A stretch of 64,000 nucleotides of DNA. Origin: an uncultured Candidatus Saccharibacteria bacterium. Lineage in GTDB: Bacteria > Patescibacteriota > Saccharimonadia > Saccharimonadales > Saccharimonadaceae. Numbering within the stretch: position 1 is the first letter of the stretch; each line of letters begins with the position of its first letter. The position numbers were made by a program, and so were the translations under genes. The stretch lies in the NCBI GenBank assembly GCA_963551735.1, contig CAUVHH010000001.1, forward strand, positions 211,381 through 275,380, written 5' to 3'. Below are positions 55,955 through 64,000 of the stretch, in pieces. The notes under the pieces were generated by a model that was not told where the DNA came from, made no database searches, and saw only the letters and a program-made list of their open reading frames with translations.

Positions 55955-56611
55955 CTGCTTAACAATTGATTGAATTTCAACATTTATTTGCTCGGCTGTC
56001 TTGTAATAACCATTGCTGTAACATTCTATAATATGAGATGAAGGCAATTTGCTAGCAATTGTACGATAGGCGGTATCAACGCGTTTTTGGAAATTACTGC
56101 CGCGCGATTCGAAAGTATCTGGAGTGTCTATACTTTGGCTACGCTTAGTAATTCGTTTTTTACGTTCGCTCTCGTTGTCAAGAGCTAAAATAATAACGAA
56201 GTCCGGCTTCATGTAACGTTCGTCTGTAAAAAGTTTAGTAATTGCCATAATATGATCCGTATTAACTCCTTCGCCATAACCTTGATAGGCTAAAGTTGAA
56301 ATATAGTTACGCGCCGAAATGACAACAGCGCCGCGATTTAAGGCTGGCGCAATTTTTTGTTGCCATAGTTCGCGGCGAGCAGCGCTAAATAGTGCTAAGT
56401 CGATCTCGGGATCACGGGCTAGAGTGCCGTTCTTGATTAGCGAGCGCAAGTAGCTAGCAATGGGCGTAGTTTTGCCTGGGTCGTCGCTGCCAGGCTCCTC
56501 TACAATTATCACTTCCCGGCCTTGCTGGCGGTAACAATCGGCGAGCAATTCAGCTTGGGTTGATTTGCCTGTACCATCGTTCCCTTCAATGACGATATAA
56601 GTACCGCTCAT
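55949..56611 (-). CDS. tmk: Thymidylate kinase
   Basis: P-loop IVIEGNDGTGKST and a DRY-like region (ISARNYISTLAYQG), with an overall Tmk layout. Confidence 0.92.
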   Translation of the reverse strand: MSGTYIVIEGNDGTGKSTQAELLADCYRQQGREVIIVEEPGSDDPGKTTPIASYLRSLIKNGTLARDPEIDLALFSAARRELWQQKIAPALNRGAVVISARNYISTLAYQGYGEGVNTDHIMAITKLFTDERYMKPDFVIILALDNESERKKRITKRSQSIDTPDTFESRGSNFQKRVDTAYRTIASKLPSSHIIECYSNGYYKTAEQINVEIQSIVKQL

Positions 56612-56628
56612 TACACAATCTCCGGCCT

Positions 56629-57387
56629 TTACAGTAATCCTTCGCTAAGACCAGCGACAGGTTGCGGTAATTCTACCGGTGAAGCATAAGCTCGCGGCAA
56701 TAACATCCACGGCCGCCAAGCAGCCTTAACAGCAGCAAGATCAGCGCTAATATTAGCTTGATAATTACCAGAAGCCTTGGCGTATTCGGTAGCCACTGGT
56801 CCGGTAGCACTAAAAACAATTTGCGCTATACGGTAGCCAACTGGTAGCACGATGTACTCATTTTCGTTGAGATTATGAACCTCCATAGTCCAGCGGTTAA
56901 TATAACCTGGATCACCCCAACCAGCGCAGTAGCAAGCCGAGATGCCGATACGGCCAGTAGTACTACGGGCTTGCATACTAGTAGTACCTGGCGGCAGAAT
57001 GCCAATAAATTCATGAGTATGCGCTAGGATTCGCTCGTTTGGCCGCAAGACGATGACCGGATGATCGTCATTAATACCTTTGATGCTATCAATGCCAGCG
57101 ACACCTTGATCAGTAATTCGGCGGCGAACTTCGTGCCACGGTTTGGCAATTTTGTATTCACCAAAGTAGCGCCGAACGTCAGTTTCGTCGAATGGATTAA
57201 ATAACCTTTCCTTCCCCTGACCGCCAGCTCTATAAAAATAATAGCCAAGCGTTACATCAACACTACTACCATTGATACGCGCTGGTACTGGGTCGCAAAC
57301 AATATGACCGCCTGCTAGTGCTGCTGCGATTTCTCTATCGCTATAAATGCCCGTTGGCTGCGATAAGTCAGTCGAATCTGTTTTCAT
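56629..57387 (-). CDS. dcd: dCTP deaminase family protein (dUTPase superfamily), longer than typical at 252 aa
   Basis: YSDREIAAALAGGHIVCDP...NGSSVDVTLG...ARSTTGRIGI...GWGDPGY...WTMEVHN resembles Dcd motifs. Confidence 0.85.
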   Translation of the reverse strand: MKTDSTDLSQPTGIYSDREIAAALAGGHIVCDPVPARINGSSVDVTLGYYFYRAGGQGKERLFNPFDETDVRRYFGEYKIAKPWHEVRRRITDQGVAGIDSIKGINDDHPVIVLRPNERILAHTHEFIGILPPGTTSMQARSTTGRIGISACYCAGWGDPGYINRWTMEVHNLNENEYIVLPVGYRIAQIVFSATGPVATEYAKASGNYQANISADLAAVKAAWRPWMLLPRAYASPVELPQPVAGLSEGLL

Positions 57388-57437
57388 GCCTCTTCATTAT
57401 ACATTCACCGCTACCGCTTACACAACTAGCCTGTGAT

Positions 57438-57947
57438 ATGATTAAGTTGATGGAACACGATCATAAAAAGCAGTGCAGTATAGTAGTCGCCTACGATCGC
57501 CAGCGCGGTATTGGCATTGACAACAAACTGCCGTGGGGGCGCAGTTTGCCAGCAGATTTGCAGCATTTTCGCCAATTAACCACTGGCGGTACAGTAATTA
57601 TGGGCCGTAAAACTTATGAATCTATCGGCCGTCCGCTACCAAATCGCCAAAATATCGTATTAACTCATACTAAGCTAGACGGCGTTGCAACAGCTAGCTC
57701 GCTAGAAAGTGCTATGCAAATGGCAATTACAGATAATATATACATCATTGGCGGCGCAACCGTTTATGCAGCAGCGCTCAAGCTAAATGTGATAAGTAGG
57801 ATATACGCGACAGAGGTCGACGCAGAACTTCCAGCGGATACATTTTTCCCCGAGCTTGACGATACTTGGCGTAAAACATCAGAAGAATCACATGCTGCTG
57901 ATGACGCTAACACTTATCCTTATATATTTGCGATATATGAAAAGTAG
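57438..57947 (+). CDS. folA: Dihydrofolate reductase
   Basis: The start is at MIKLMEHD, with an alternative at 57450. IVVAYDRQRGIGIDNKLPW...ADLQHFRQLTTGGTVIMGRKTYESIGRPLPNRQNIVLT is canonical DHFR. Confidence 0.9.
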   Translation: MIKLMEHDHKKQCSIVVAYDRQRGIGIDNKLPWGRSLPADLQHFRQLTTGGTVIMGRKTYESIGRPLPNRQNIVLTHTKLDGVATASSLESAMQMAITDNIYIIGGATVYAAALKLNVISRIYATEVDAELPADTFFPELDDTWRKTSEESHAADDANTYPYIFAIYEK

Positions 57948-57966
57948 TCTTGCCATGCAACAACAT

Positions 57967-58785
57967 TTAGACTGAAATTGGCGCTTTGATGGCCGGCCAT
58001 GGATCGTAGTTTTTTAACTTGAAATCATCAAGATCATAATCATCGATTGATGGTTTTGGTGTGATATCGAGAGTTGGCAACGGACGCGGTTGGCGTGTCA
58101 ACTGAAGTTTTGCTTGCTCGAGATGATTCAAATACAAGTGAACATCGCCGCCCATCCAAACAAATTCACGCGGCCGCATATCAACCTGCTGTGCAATTAT
58201 CATAGTCAGCAGAGCGTAGCTAGCGATGTTGAATGGGACACCCAGAAATGTATCGCACGATCGCTGATCAAGCCGGCACGATAACCAGCGCCGCTGGTCA
58301 GAGTCATTGGAATCAGCGGGTGTGGTATAGAATTGAAATAACATATGGCATGGCGGCAAAGCCATGTTGTTTACTTCGGCAGGATTCCAAGCGGTAACGA
58401 TTAGCCGCCGTGAGTCTGGACTAGCGCGTAGTTGATCAATAACGTTAGCAATCTGGTCAATACGTTCACCATTAGGTGCTGGCCATGCCCGCCACTGCGC
58501 GCCGTAAACCGGACCGAGATCACCATTCTCGTCAGCCCACTCGTCCCAGATATGAATTCCGCGTTCTTGCAGCCAGCGTACGTTGGTATCGCCACGCAAA
58601 AACCAAATTAACTCGCCAAAAATACCTTTGGTAAAGAGCTTTTTGGTGGTAAGCAGTGGAAAGCCTTCGCGCAAATCAAAACGCATCATATGTCCGAAGA
58701 TGCTGAACGTACCAGTACCTGTCCGGTCATGCTTTTCGACACCTTCTGCTAGAATACGGTCAAGTAAATCAAGATATTGTCTCAT
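57967..58785 (-). CDS. thyA: Thymidylate synthase (ThyA type)
   Basis: [12 protein letters not shown]...DRTGTGT...LPPCH..FQFY...DVHLY are canonical ThyA motifs. Confidence 0.97.
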   Translation of the reverse strand: MRQYLDLLDRILAEGVEKHDRTGTGTFSIFGHMMRFDLREGFPLLTTKKLFTKGIFGELIWFLRGDTNVRWLQERGIHIWDEWADENGDLGPVYGAQWRAWPAPNGERIDQIANVIDQLRASPDSRRLIVTAWNPAEVNNMALPPCHMLFQFYTTPADSNDSDQRRWLSCRLDQRSCDTFLGVPFNIASYALLTMIIAQQVDMRPREFVWMGGDVHLYLNHLEQAKLQLTRQPRPLPTLDITPKPSIDDYDLDDFKLKNYDPWPAIKAPISV

Positions 58786-58799
58786 CCCTCCCCTCCTTC

Positions 58800-58831
58800 T
58801 AAAAATAGAGCGAGATGCTAGGTCTCGCTCT
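58800..58831 (-). terminator. Intrinsic terminator between rplA and thyA
   Basis: On the minus strand, a 9-bp stem AGAGCGAGA/TCTCGCTCT is followed by ATTTTT. Confidence 0.6.
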
Positions 58832-58845
58832 GAAATTATATGATT

Positions 58846-59817
58846 TTATTTTGCTTGATAATCAACTTTGATGCCGGGGCCCATCGTAGTAGCGATGGCA
58901 ACCGATTTAATGTAAACACCCTTGATAGAGGATGGCTTCTGCGCCTGCAAGCTAGCAAAGAAAGTATTGGCGTTTTCAAGCAATTTTTCAGCGCCGAAGC
59001 TAACTTTACCAATACCGAGGTGAATAGCAGCCTGCTTGTCGACACGATATTCAACCTTGCCAGCTTTGGCTTCTTCGGTAGCTTTGGCGACGTCGGTCGA
59101 GACGGTACCGCTCTTCGGGTTGGGCATCAAGCCTTTCGGGCCGAGCAAACGAGCGTACTTACCGAGTTTTGGCATGTAGGCTGGCGTAGCGATTAAGACG
59201 TCAAAATCAAGCGTACCCTTGTCAAGAAGTTTGACGATAGCCTCATCACCAGCCAGATCAGCACCAGCTTTTTTGGCTTTGTCAGCATCAGTGTCAGCTG
59301 CGAAAACAGCTACCCGGACAGTCTTGCCAGTACCGTGAGGCAGGACTACGGTCGAACGAATATTTTGGTCGGCTTGACGCGGATCGACGCCTAAACGAAC
59401 GTGAGCTTCAACGCTAGCGTCAAATTTGCTCGGATTGGTTTCGGTAGCAAGTTTGATGGCATCGGCAAGCGTGTAAGCTTTGTCTTTTTCAATTTTTTCG
59501 GCAGCCTGACGGTAAGCTTTGCCGCGGCGTTCAATCAACGGACGAACCTTTGGCGCTGGGCCTTTTTTGACAGCCGCTTCAGCGTCGCCCTGCGGCGTAG
59601 TATCGCCAGCTTCTTTGCGAGCTTCTTTTTCAGCTTTAGCTTCAGCCTCTTCGATAGCTTTGGCGCTGCGCTTACCGGCTTTGGCAACTGTCGCTTCGCG
59701 GACTGAGTGCTTTTCAGCGGCAGCAATGGCCGTTTCAATCTCGGCTATAGTATTTTTTTCGCTGACGTCAAGCTTAAGCTCGGCAGCTTTTTCTAATAGT
59801 TCGGCTTTTTTAGCCAT
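58846..59817 (-). CDS. rplA: 50S ribosomal protein L1 with ~90-aa K/A/E-rich N-terminal extension
   Basis: The C-terminal ~230 aa are canonical L1 ([12 protein letters not shown]...[23 protein letters not shown]...LPHGTGK). The in-frame extension begins [31 protein letters not shown]. An alternative internal TTG start would give MIERRGKAY... Confidence 0.9.
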   Translation of the reverse strand: MAKKAELLEKAAELKLDVSEKNTIAEIETAIAAAEKHSVREATVAKAGKRSAKAIEEAEAKAEKEARKEAGDTTPQGDAEAAVKKGPAPKVRPLIERRGKAYRQAAEKIEKDKAYTLADAIKLATETNPSKFDASVEAHVRLGVDPRQADQNIRSTVVLPHGTGKTVRVAVFAADTDADKAKKAGADLAGDEAIVKLLDKGTLDFDVLIATPAYMPKLGKYARLLGPKGLMPNPKSGTVSTDVAKATEEAKAGKVEYRVDKQAAIHLGIGKVSFGAEKLLENANTFFASLQAQKPSSIKGVYIKSVAIATTMGPGIKVDYQAK

Positions 59818-59960
59818 CAGATATTTAATCCTTTCTGTGGTGCAAGCGACTTGACGTCTCCCAACATTGATTTAATAAAACGTCTACAATTATACCAAAA
59901 AACAACTAGAAAGTCCACCTAGTTTTCCAGAGGTAGTGTAGCATTACCACTATAAAATTA

Positions 59961-59989
59961 TTGACCAAAATACTACGTTTTGCTATGAT
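59961..59989 (+). promoter_or_regulatory. Promoter TTGACC - 17 nt - TATGAT upstream of the LysM-CHAP gene
   Basis: Hexamers are at 59961-59966 and 59984-59989. A ~105-nt leader precedes ATG 60102. Confidence 0.5.
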
Positions 59990-60101
59990 TGGTCTCATGT
60001 CCTGTGAAAATTACGATTAAAACAATAATAAGCCAGGACATAAATCCACGAGTATTTGAAGTTTAGCCTATCCGTGGGGGTATTTAACCAAGGAGATAAT
60101 T

Positions 60102-60971
60102 ATGCGTTTATACGGGGTCTTGACGACAATCGGCGCCGCTGGTGCAATATGCTTAATAGCAACGCACCCAGCCTACGCCGAAACGAGTACGGGCCGCTCG
60201 CTACTACTCGCACAGCAAAATAAAAATAAATTAACGATCGCAAGGAGAACACCGCTGCTAGCTACCCAAAACAAGAAAGCTTTGCTAGCAAAAGCGGACG
60301 AAAAGCAAACCAGCGGAGTTGATGACGATAAAGCCAAAAAACCAACGTCTACACCAAAGGACAAATCTAACGAAACAAAACCAATCGAACAATCAACCTA
60401 CGCGATAGTAGCCGCAGGCGATAGCTTGGCGTCAATTGCCGAAAAATACAATACAACCTGGACGCGTATCTTTGACGCCAACGAGTCGCTTAGTAACCCA
60501 AATGCTATTGATATAGGGCAGAAGCTGCGAATTCCTAGCGCAGAAGAGGTCTTGCCAGACCGCTCGTCAGCTATCGTTGCAGCGCAACAAGCAGCCGCCA
60601 GCTCTACACTATCAGCTCGGACTTCTACAGTTACTACGCGATCATATAGCTCAAAGCCGATTAACTCGTCAAGCTACTACGTTGGTAACGGCATGTGGTG
60701 CACCGACTACGTTCACAGCCGCCGCCCAGACGTCGCTGTATACGGCAATGCCGGTTATGGTTGGATTTCCAGCGCTCAAGCTGCCGGTAAATCAACTGGT
60801 AGCGCCCCGCGCGCTGGAGCTGTCGCGGTGACAAACGGCCATGTCGCTTACGTCGAGTCGGTTAATAGCGATGGCAGCTATACTGTTTCAGAAATGGGTT
60901 GGAATTACCGCGCTGGCAATTACAACAAACGTACAGTAAGACCAGGTACATTCGGACAATTCATCTACTAA
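60102..60971 (+). CDS. Secreted LysM + CHAP peptidoglycan hydrolase
   Basis: It has a signal-peptide-like N-terminus (AAGAICLIATHPAYA) and a LysM domain (YAIVAAGDSLASIAEKYNTTWTRIFDAN...IDIGQKLRIP). The CHAP domain has Cys in MWCTDYVHSRR and His in NGHVAYVESV. AAGGAG RBS. Confidence 0.85.
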   Translation: MRLYGVLTTIGAAGAICLIATHPAYAETSTGRSLLLAQQNKNKLTIARRTPLLATQNKKALLAKADEKQTSGVDDDKAKKPTSTPKDKSNETKPIEQSTYAIVAAGDSLASIAEKYNTTWTRIFDANESLSNPNAIDIGQKLRIPSAEEVLPDRSSAIVAAQQAAASSTLSARTSTVTTRSYSSKPINSSSYYVGNGMWCTDYVHSRRPDVAVYGNAGYGWISSAQAAGKSTGSAPRAGAVAVTNGHVAYVESVNSDGSYTVSEMGWNYRAGNYNKRTVRPGTFGQFIY

Positions 60972-60994
60972 ATAATTATAACTAGTAGAATTAG

Positions 60995-61024
60995 AAAAAC
61001 CGCTACATACGCTAGCGGTTTTTT
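60995..61024. terminator. Bidirectional hairpin terminator between convergent genes
   Basis: A5-ACCGCTA-loop-TAGCGGT-T6. Confidence 0.6.
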
Positions 61025-61041
61025 AATTTAGAACAGACAAA

Positions 61042-62019
61042 TTACCCGCGTAAAGACTTATCTGCAGCCTCAACTAGTTCGCGCACAATCACTGCATAAT
61101 CGTCATATACGCGAAAACCTGCAGCATAAGCGTGTCCGCCGCCGCCGAAATATCCAGCTATCTGCTCTGATACTGGCATATTACTGCGTAATTTCCCGGT
61201 TAATTTACCGTCAGGGTAAGTTTTGATAGCGCAAGCCACTTCAACCCCCTCGACTAAACGCATTTCGTCAAGCACTAGAACACTCGGATTATACTGATCG
61301 CTATATTTTTGGATCTCTTCCCACGGAATATGAATTATAGCTAATTTACCATCGAGCAAATATTCGATACGTTCAATCAAGCGGCCTTTATACGCCAAAA
61401 TCTCTGGCGACTTTTTCATAAATTCGCGGCGTCGTTCTTCAATAGCTGAGTTGCTAGCACCGAGCGCAGTTAATTCGCCAGCGACACGAAACGAGTCGGC
61501 TGTGGTATTTTGTGTTGTTAAGCCCAGGCTATCGCTCATGATAGCAATCAGCATATTTTCTGCAGCTTGCGAATTAATTACCCAGCCGGCAGTATGCGCT
61601 AGATTGTAAATCAGTTCGCCAGCTGCAACTACTGGCTGGTTGACATGAGTAGCATCAAAAGTCAGCGTCGAATCAGTTGCGTGATGATCCAACACTATAA
61701 CGGGATGCGTCTCAAGAAAATGACGCACACCTGGCATACTTAAACTTTTACTGATTAATAGTTCGGCATTAGTGTCAACAATAATTGCTAAGTCGGCACT
61801 CGTGTCAAAATCGCTAGTTATTCGATCCCAACCGTGAATGTAACGTAAGTATTTCGGTGTATCGACTGGACAGTGCAGCTGAACATTTTTGCCGAGGTCA
61901 CTTAGAATTTCTTCCAGGGCCAAGCTGCTGCCGATACTATCACCGTCAGGATTTTCCGCTTGGACTACAACAATTTTCTGCGCGTTATTGATGGCGTCAA
62001 TGGCTTTGTCAAACATCAC
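61042..62019 (-). CDS. DHH-family phosphoesterase (NrnA-like nanoRNase/pAp phosphatase)
   Basis: The motifs DGDSIGSSLAL, VDTN, LDHH and GGGGHAYAAG occur in DHH/DHHA1 order. Confidence 0.85.
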   Translation of the reverse strand: MMFDKAIDAINNAQKIVVVQAENPDGDSIGSSLALEEILSDLGKNVQLHCPVDTPKYLRYIHGWDRITSDFDTSADLAIIVDTNAELLISKSLSMPGVRHFLETHPVIVLDHHATDSTLTFDATHVNQPVVAAGELIYNLAHTAGWVINSQAAENMLIAIMSDSLGLTTQNTTADSFRVAGELTALGASNSAIEERRREFMKKSPEILAYKGRLIERIEYLLDGKLAIIHIPWEEIQKYSDQYNPSVLVLDEMRLVEGVEVACAIKTYPDGKLTGKLRSNMPVSEQIAGYFGGGGHAYAAGFRVYDDYAVIVRELVEAADKSLRG

Positions 62020-62092
62020 CTAATAGTATAGCAGCAATTAGCTAACCTTGCATTCGAATTAGCCAGATAAACTCTGCATAGAAAGAGTAACT

Positions 62093-63499
62093 TTACGGCT
62101 TCTTATCAAGAATGATTAAGTGTTCAATATGCGGCGTGCGCGGGAAAAAATTATAGCCGCGGTGATGAACGATGTGGTATTTTTCTTGCAGGAGTCGAAC
62201 ATCGCGAGCTTGGGTGACGGGATTACAACTGAGATAAATGATGCGCGGCGGCAGTTTTTGCAACAATGTTGCAATAACGTCGGAATGTAGGCCAGCGCGC
62301 GGCGGGTCAACGATGACGACTTCCTTGCCTGTAATATAGTCGAGGGCTTGTTCGCTGGGAGCGAGGACAGCGCGGGCGTCGGTGCGGTCAAGTTCGGCGA
62401 TGTTGCACTGCATTTCGCGGACAGCGTCGGCGTTGATTTCCACCAGCGTGACGTTGCCGCTGCCAATAGTCAGGCCGATGGTGCCAACGCCGGCATAAAA
62501 ATCAAGAATTGGCTGATCGGTAGCGAGCGGCACCCCGGAAAAAATCTGGGCAACTTCACGTGGGTCCCGGATTATTTTCTGGTGGTGCCCGAGCTGCCGA
62601 CCCGAACGTTGGCTATTGCAATCGCACGGTACCCACTCCTTCATATCGCGCAGCGCCTGCTCGTAAACCGGGATGTTGACTTGGAAAAAGCCTTCGCAGG
62701 CGTAACGAAACGGCGTACCGAGGATAGTGTCAGTTAGCGTTGTGTCGCCAAAGTGCGCCAAGCGCTCGGTGATGCGGCTGGCTGGCGAGCGCGGATCGGA
62801 ATAGATAATTTCCCCGCCCTGAGCCGGTAATTTGGCGGCTTCATTAGCGGTAATTATTTCGGGCAAGCGATCTTTAACATACAACTGCCATACGCAACTT
62901 CCCGATTGATCGCAGCGGACGAGCAAGGTCTTGAGCTGGCGAGCCGCGACGCGTTTATGGCGCAGTAAATCACGGATCGTACGCGCCAAGTTGTTGATTT
63001 CTGGGCGCGCCAAACTTGTGCCATCAACGACAATCTTGCCTTTGCTGCCGCGGCGGAAAAATGCCAAGTCAAGTGTATCGCCAGACTCCCCGGCTTCGCT
63101 ATACCAGCTAAATTCAACTTTGTTGCGATAACCATATGCGACATTGTCGCAATAAATGTCAACTGTCTCTGGTAATGCAATACCATGCAGCGTAAAGGCG
63201 TCGTCGATCAATTGCCTTTTGTACGCCTGCTCAATCTCGGGCGGCATGATTTGCCACGGACTGGTCGAAAGATAGCTGTCCGGGTCGCGCGGCGTGATGC
63301 GTTCTGGTGACGGCTCAATAACCTCGGTAACGACACCTTCGACAAAATGTGATTTTTTCTTGGTAAGGCGAATTGCAACCAACTCCCCGGGTAAACCGCC
63401 CCACACGAAACATTTGCGGCCATCGGCCAGCGTCCCTAGCGCTTGCCCGCCGCCAACGATTTTGTCAAGGTGAATAGTTTCGAGTGGCTGTCTTTTCAT
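62093..63499 (-). CDS. SAM-dependent RNA (uracil-5)-methyltransferase, RlmD/TrmA family
   Basis: The start is at MKRQPLETIHL. It has a TRAM-like N-terminus, a SAM motif DFYAGVGTIGL, VDPPRAGL, and the catalytic-Cys motif YLSCNPVTQARD. Confidence 0.85.
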   Translation of the reverse strand: MKRQPLETIHLDKIVGGGQALGTLADGRKCFVWGGLPGELVAIRLTKKKSHFVEGVVTEVIEPSPERITPRDPDSYLSTSPWQIMPPEIEQAYKRQLIDDAFTLHGIALPETVDIYCDNVAYGYRNKVEFSWYSEAGESGDTLDLAFFRRGSKGKIVVDGTSLARPEINNLARTIRDLLRHKRVAARQLKTLLVRCDQSGSCVWQLYVKDRLPEIITANEAAKLPAQGGEIIYSDPRSPASRITERLAHFGDTTLTDTILGTPFRYACEGFFQVNIPVYEQALRDMKEWVPCDCNSQRSGRQLGHHQKIIRDPREVAQIFSGVPLATDQPILDFYAGVGTIGLTIGSGNVTLVEINADAVREMQCNIAELDRTDARAVLAPSEQALDYITGKEVVIVDPPRAGLHSDVIATLLQKLPPRIIYLSCNPVTQARDVRLLQEKYHIVHHRGYNFFPRTPHIEHLIILDKKP

Positions 63500-63592
63500 C
63501 GTACTTATTATAACAAAATGAAAGATACCGTTTGACATAGATCACGAAGACTATCCCCGCAGCAATAACGCATGCCTTTCCAACGACCAAAA

Positions 63593-64000
63593 TTATGACG
63601 CTAGCAACTTAACAGTGTGGCGAGCGATTTCGACGCCTTCATTTGTCGGTATGACAATTATCGGCTTACTGACTGCCGCTTGCGAGATGCTAGTGAACTC
63701 GGTCGGGTTAAGACATGATTTGTTACGATTGCCGTCAAGTATGAAGTCGAGGCATTCCAAGTGAGCAACGATGCGCCGGCGCAAATTCGCCGAACGTTCT
63801 CCTACCGTGCCAGTAAATACCAGCAAGTCGGCGCCGTTCATGGCGACCACCATGGCGCCGATAGCCTTATGGATACTGTGAATCAGAGTCATCAGTGCTA
63901 AGTGAGCAATATGGTCGCCATTAGCTTCGCGATCAATAATTTCACGAATATCGCTACTTCCACTGAGTCCGAGCAGGCCGCCCTTCTCATCGAGATAATG
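63593..64000 (-). CDS. ackA: Acetate kinase, C-terminal part (5' end beyond the right window edge)
   Basis: The reading frame is open to the window edge: ...HYLDEKGGLLGLSGSSDIREI...DLLVFTGTVGERSANLRRRIV...IIVIPTNEGVEIARHT. These are typical acetate/propionate kinase C-terminal motifs. Confidence 0.85.
   Translation of the reverse strand, partial: HYLDEKGGLLGLSGSSDIREIIDREANGDHIAHLALMTLIHSIHKAIGAMVVAMNGADLLVFTGTVGERSANLRRRIVAHLECLDFILDGNRNKSCLNPTEFTSISQAAVSKPIIVIPTNEGVEIARHTVKLLAS

Overview
This 64-kb chromosomal segment is gene-dense and uses the standard genetic code: long ORFs end on TGA (for example 15213-15215), and no in-frame TGA read-through is needed. Gene content suggests a reduced-genome Patescibacteria/CPR bacterium, possibly Saccharibacteria-like. 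The clues are many housekeeping genes, several CHAP/LysM wall hydrolases, an orphan membrane-anchored solute-binding protein, a thyA-folA-dcd-tmk salvage block, and many Q/P-rich membrane proteins. This placement is an inference only; no search was run. I support about 62 protein genes, among them rnc, nusB, rpmF, leuS, murF, typA, rarA, ligA, secG, uvrC, recR, ybaB, dnaB, dnaX, rplL, rplJ, rplA, tmk, dcd, folA, thyA and ackA. I also support 9 tRNA genes, all with encoded CCA, one clear pseudogene, and several promoters and intrinsic terminators readable by eye. No rRNA, CRISPR array, transposase or integrase was seen.

Most noteworthy observations:
1. Two strongly AT-rich single-gene insertions flank a PRT-like/MoxR/DUF58/VWA/VWA/TPR operon. 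One is an ApeA-like HEPN protein (9476-10837). The other is a 671-aa STAND/AAA-type P-loop NTPase (17288-19303), which sits directly 3' of tRNA-Gly(GCC) and is bounded by a degenerate copy of the tRNA 3' end.
2. A tightly packed operon downstream of ligA encodes two nucleoside 2-deoxyribosyltransferase-fold proteins, an APH-type kinase and an ABC exporter (31017-34547).
3. Two tRNAs carry compensatory changes at the normally invariant G19:C56 elbow pair.
4. Fragments of tRNA-Ala(GGC) are tandemly reiterated just upstream of that gene.
5. Several candidate cis-regulatory leaders and leaderless starts are present.
6. rplA is separated from rplJL by a dTMP-synthesis block and a divergent RelA/SpoT-like gene.

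All family assignments come from motifs recognised by eye and need profile or structure searches to confirm.
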